A stretch of 64,000 nt of DNA from Fistulifera solaris (taxonomy: Eukaryota), in NCBI GenBank assembly GCA_030295235.1, contig AP026140.1:558001-622000 (forward strand). The letters are read 5' to 3'. The number at the start of each line of letters is the position of its first letter. Positions within the stretch are counted from its first letter, which is position 1. A model generated the notes under the pieces. That model worked only from the letters and a program-made list of their open reading frames with translations. It was not told the DNA's origin and searched no databases. The position numbers and the translations under genes were made by a program. Below, piece by piece: positions 61,975 through 64,000 of this stretch.

Positions 61975-63848
61975 ATGACCTTCTGCGGAGGAGCCGAGCG
62001 ATCAGCCTCTCCCGTGGCGTATACGGCGAAGGAATACGGTGCTCAGCCCGACAATACTCAGGCCGAAAGTAAGCTCCCGTCTAAGAAAAGCATGGAATCA
62101 GGTGATGCCTTTGAAAGAGAGAATTCGGCATTCGGGGACGGGTACTCTCTGCACTCCCGTCCAAGCCAATCAACTTCCCATCGTCATCTAGATGACGAGA
62201 TTGAGGTCGACTATGATCATGGGGCAACGGATCTTTACCGTCGCATCGAAAACAAGGACTGGGATGGTGCTCTCAACAGGTTGGAGTTTGCTCCCCACGA
62301 GGCACGAGCCTGGGTTGCCCGCCGCGAACCATCTAGTATGAGATTGAGATGGCGTTTACTGCCCATTCACGCTGTATGTATTTTTCGCGCTCCATTGGCA
62401 CTGATTGAAGCATTGATTGAGGTATATCCAGACGGCCCGATGCAAAAGGATGATCAAGGCATGCTTCCTGTCCATCTAGCTTGTCGAAATGGTGCAAGCA
62501 AGGGCGTTGTCTTGACGTTACTTGAGGCATTTCCGGAGTCACTGAAGGTGAAGGATCGTAAGAATAGGACTGCAGTGGATTTGGTGGCAACTAGCGAGTC
62601 CGCCAACAAGGAAGCAGTGCTTGTTGCAATTCGTCGATTTCAGAAAGAAACTCAGTATAACGGCGCTGCAACAGTAGCGACGATAGAAACAGCACCCACT
62701 GTGCAGGAGGTAGACTATGAACATCGCACGACTCTCTTCCGAATGATTTTGAGGAAAGATTGGAATAATGCTTCGAGCCGAGCTGTAAGCCATCCCGAGG
62801 AGGCTTGCACCTGGATAGTCACCAAGGGGTTTAACGGAAACCTACGTTTTCTTCCCCTTCACAAAGCTTGCGTCCTGCAACCACCTGACTCGATCGTAAC
62901 CGGTCTGTTGAAAGCATTTCCAGAGGGAGCAAAAAATACGGACCAAGACGGATGGCTTCCCCTGCATTGCGCGTGCTTTTATGGAGCTAGCGAGCATGTC
63001 GTCAACGCTCTTTTGTTTGCGTATTCTAAAGGAGCCCAGACCAAAGACGACGAAGGTCGTTTGCCTCTTCATTATGCCTGTATCAAAGGAGCCCCGAAAG
63101 CTGTGATTGACGTTCTATTGGCAAGTTTTTCTCGCGGGGCCATGGTCAAGGATGATGAAGGTCGACTAGCTCTTCACCATGCGTGTAGCAAAAATGCAGA
63201 GGACTCCGTTATCGAAGCGCTTCTTAAGTCATCTCCAAAGGCAGCCCAAACTAAGGATGATCAAGGGCGTCTTGCCTTGCATCATGCTTGTCGCAAATGC
63301 ACAAGCGATAAGACTATTCGAACACTTTTACGAGTGTATCCGATTGCTGCGCAAATCAGAGACGACCAGGATAAGCTCCCACTCCACTATGCCTGTCAAC
63401 ACGGTGGCAAAAGGAGATCATCCAGCTGCTGCTTCAGTCGTATCCGGAATCGGTTAATGTTCCCAACGGAGTTGGGCAGACTCCCTTAGCCGAAATCAAG
63501 GCGATGAACAACCCCAAATTCGAAAGCATTGTTAGGTTGATGGAGAAGATTAAGAAGGAGCAGGATAAAAAGCGGGGTATTGAAGGCCCAAGTCCAGTTC
63601 TGGAATCAACAGTGCGTGATCTCAACGAAAAAATTCAGAACTTGGAGAAGTCGCTGGGAAAAGTCACTCTATTGGGCAAGGAAATGAAAGAAGACTTAAG
63701 GAAAGGAAAAGACCCTGTCGTGGTGATGGAAAAGTTTTCAGACGCTTTGATTGACCTAGGTAGTCGGTCAAAGACTCCTTTAAAGTCACGACAGCAGCCC
63801 GCCCCTCCCGCTAAGGGGATATTTGGTCGCGTCAAGCAGAAGGCATAG
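61975..63848 (+). CDS. Ankyrin-repeat protein (frameshift near 63410)
   Basis: Multiple KDD.G.LPLH.AC repeats; continues into ORF 63504-63848. Confidence 0.88.
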
Positions 63849-64000
63849 AGAACGGATCGACGATGTTTTGTGCTGTGCAAATTGACGTTGCATATAATAT
63901 TATAGTGAGGTTAAAAGTATGGAATGTGGTAACAACTATTTATTTATCCTGAATTAACGAACTAAGAATGTTATCTACAAGAATAAAACAGCTTTTAGAT

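Overview
Gene-dense eukaryotic nuclear DNA, most consistent with a pennate diatom (inferred from an aureochrome, a fucoxanthin-chlorophyll LHC, ASAFAP-type plastid presequences and short GT-AG introns). It holds about 28 protein genes: mitochondrial EF-G2, a nucleotide-sugar transporter, NDUFV2, two DUF6824-like paralogues, aureochrome, MED6, G6PDH, NAT, an FG-GAP protein, DapL, LHC, CNX2/MoaA, nitrate reductase, an FNR-like protein, ankyrin proteins and several hypotheticals. Many conserved genes carry single-base frameshifts, often in homopolymers, which suggests assembly indel errors. The most unusual block is 24.6-34.1 kb. It contains: (1) a tRNA-Leu(AAG) gene whose D-loop is interrupted by a 71-nt GTAAGG...CTTAC...CAG insert that looks like a spliceosomal intron; (2) a spliced HNH-HNH-AP2-peptidase-like gene; (3) a MITE-like inverted repeat; (4) a CRE-like RLE non-LTR retrotransposon whose 5' end abuts the D-loop of a second, 5'-truncated copy of the same tRNA; (5) a highly base-paired ~230-nt segment with a TAACCCTAA telomere-template-like motif, a candidate telomerase RNA. 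A ~2.7-kb tandem duplication at 5.3-10.8 kb carries a non-autonomous Helitron with a 306-nt (CA)n tract. All family assignments come from motif recognition by eye; no searches or folding programs were run.
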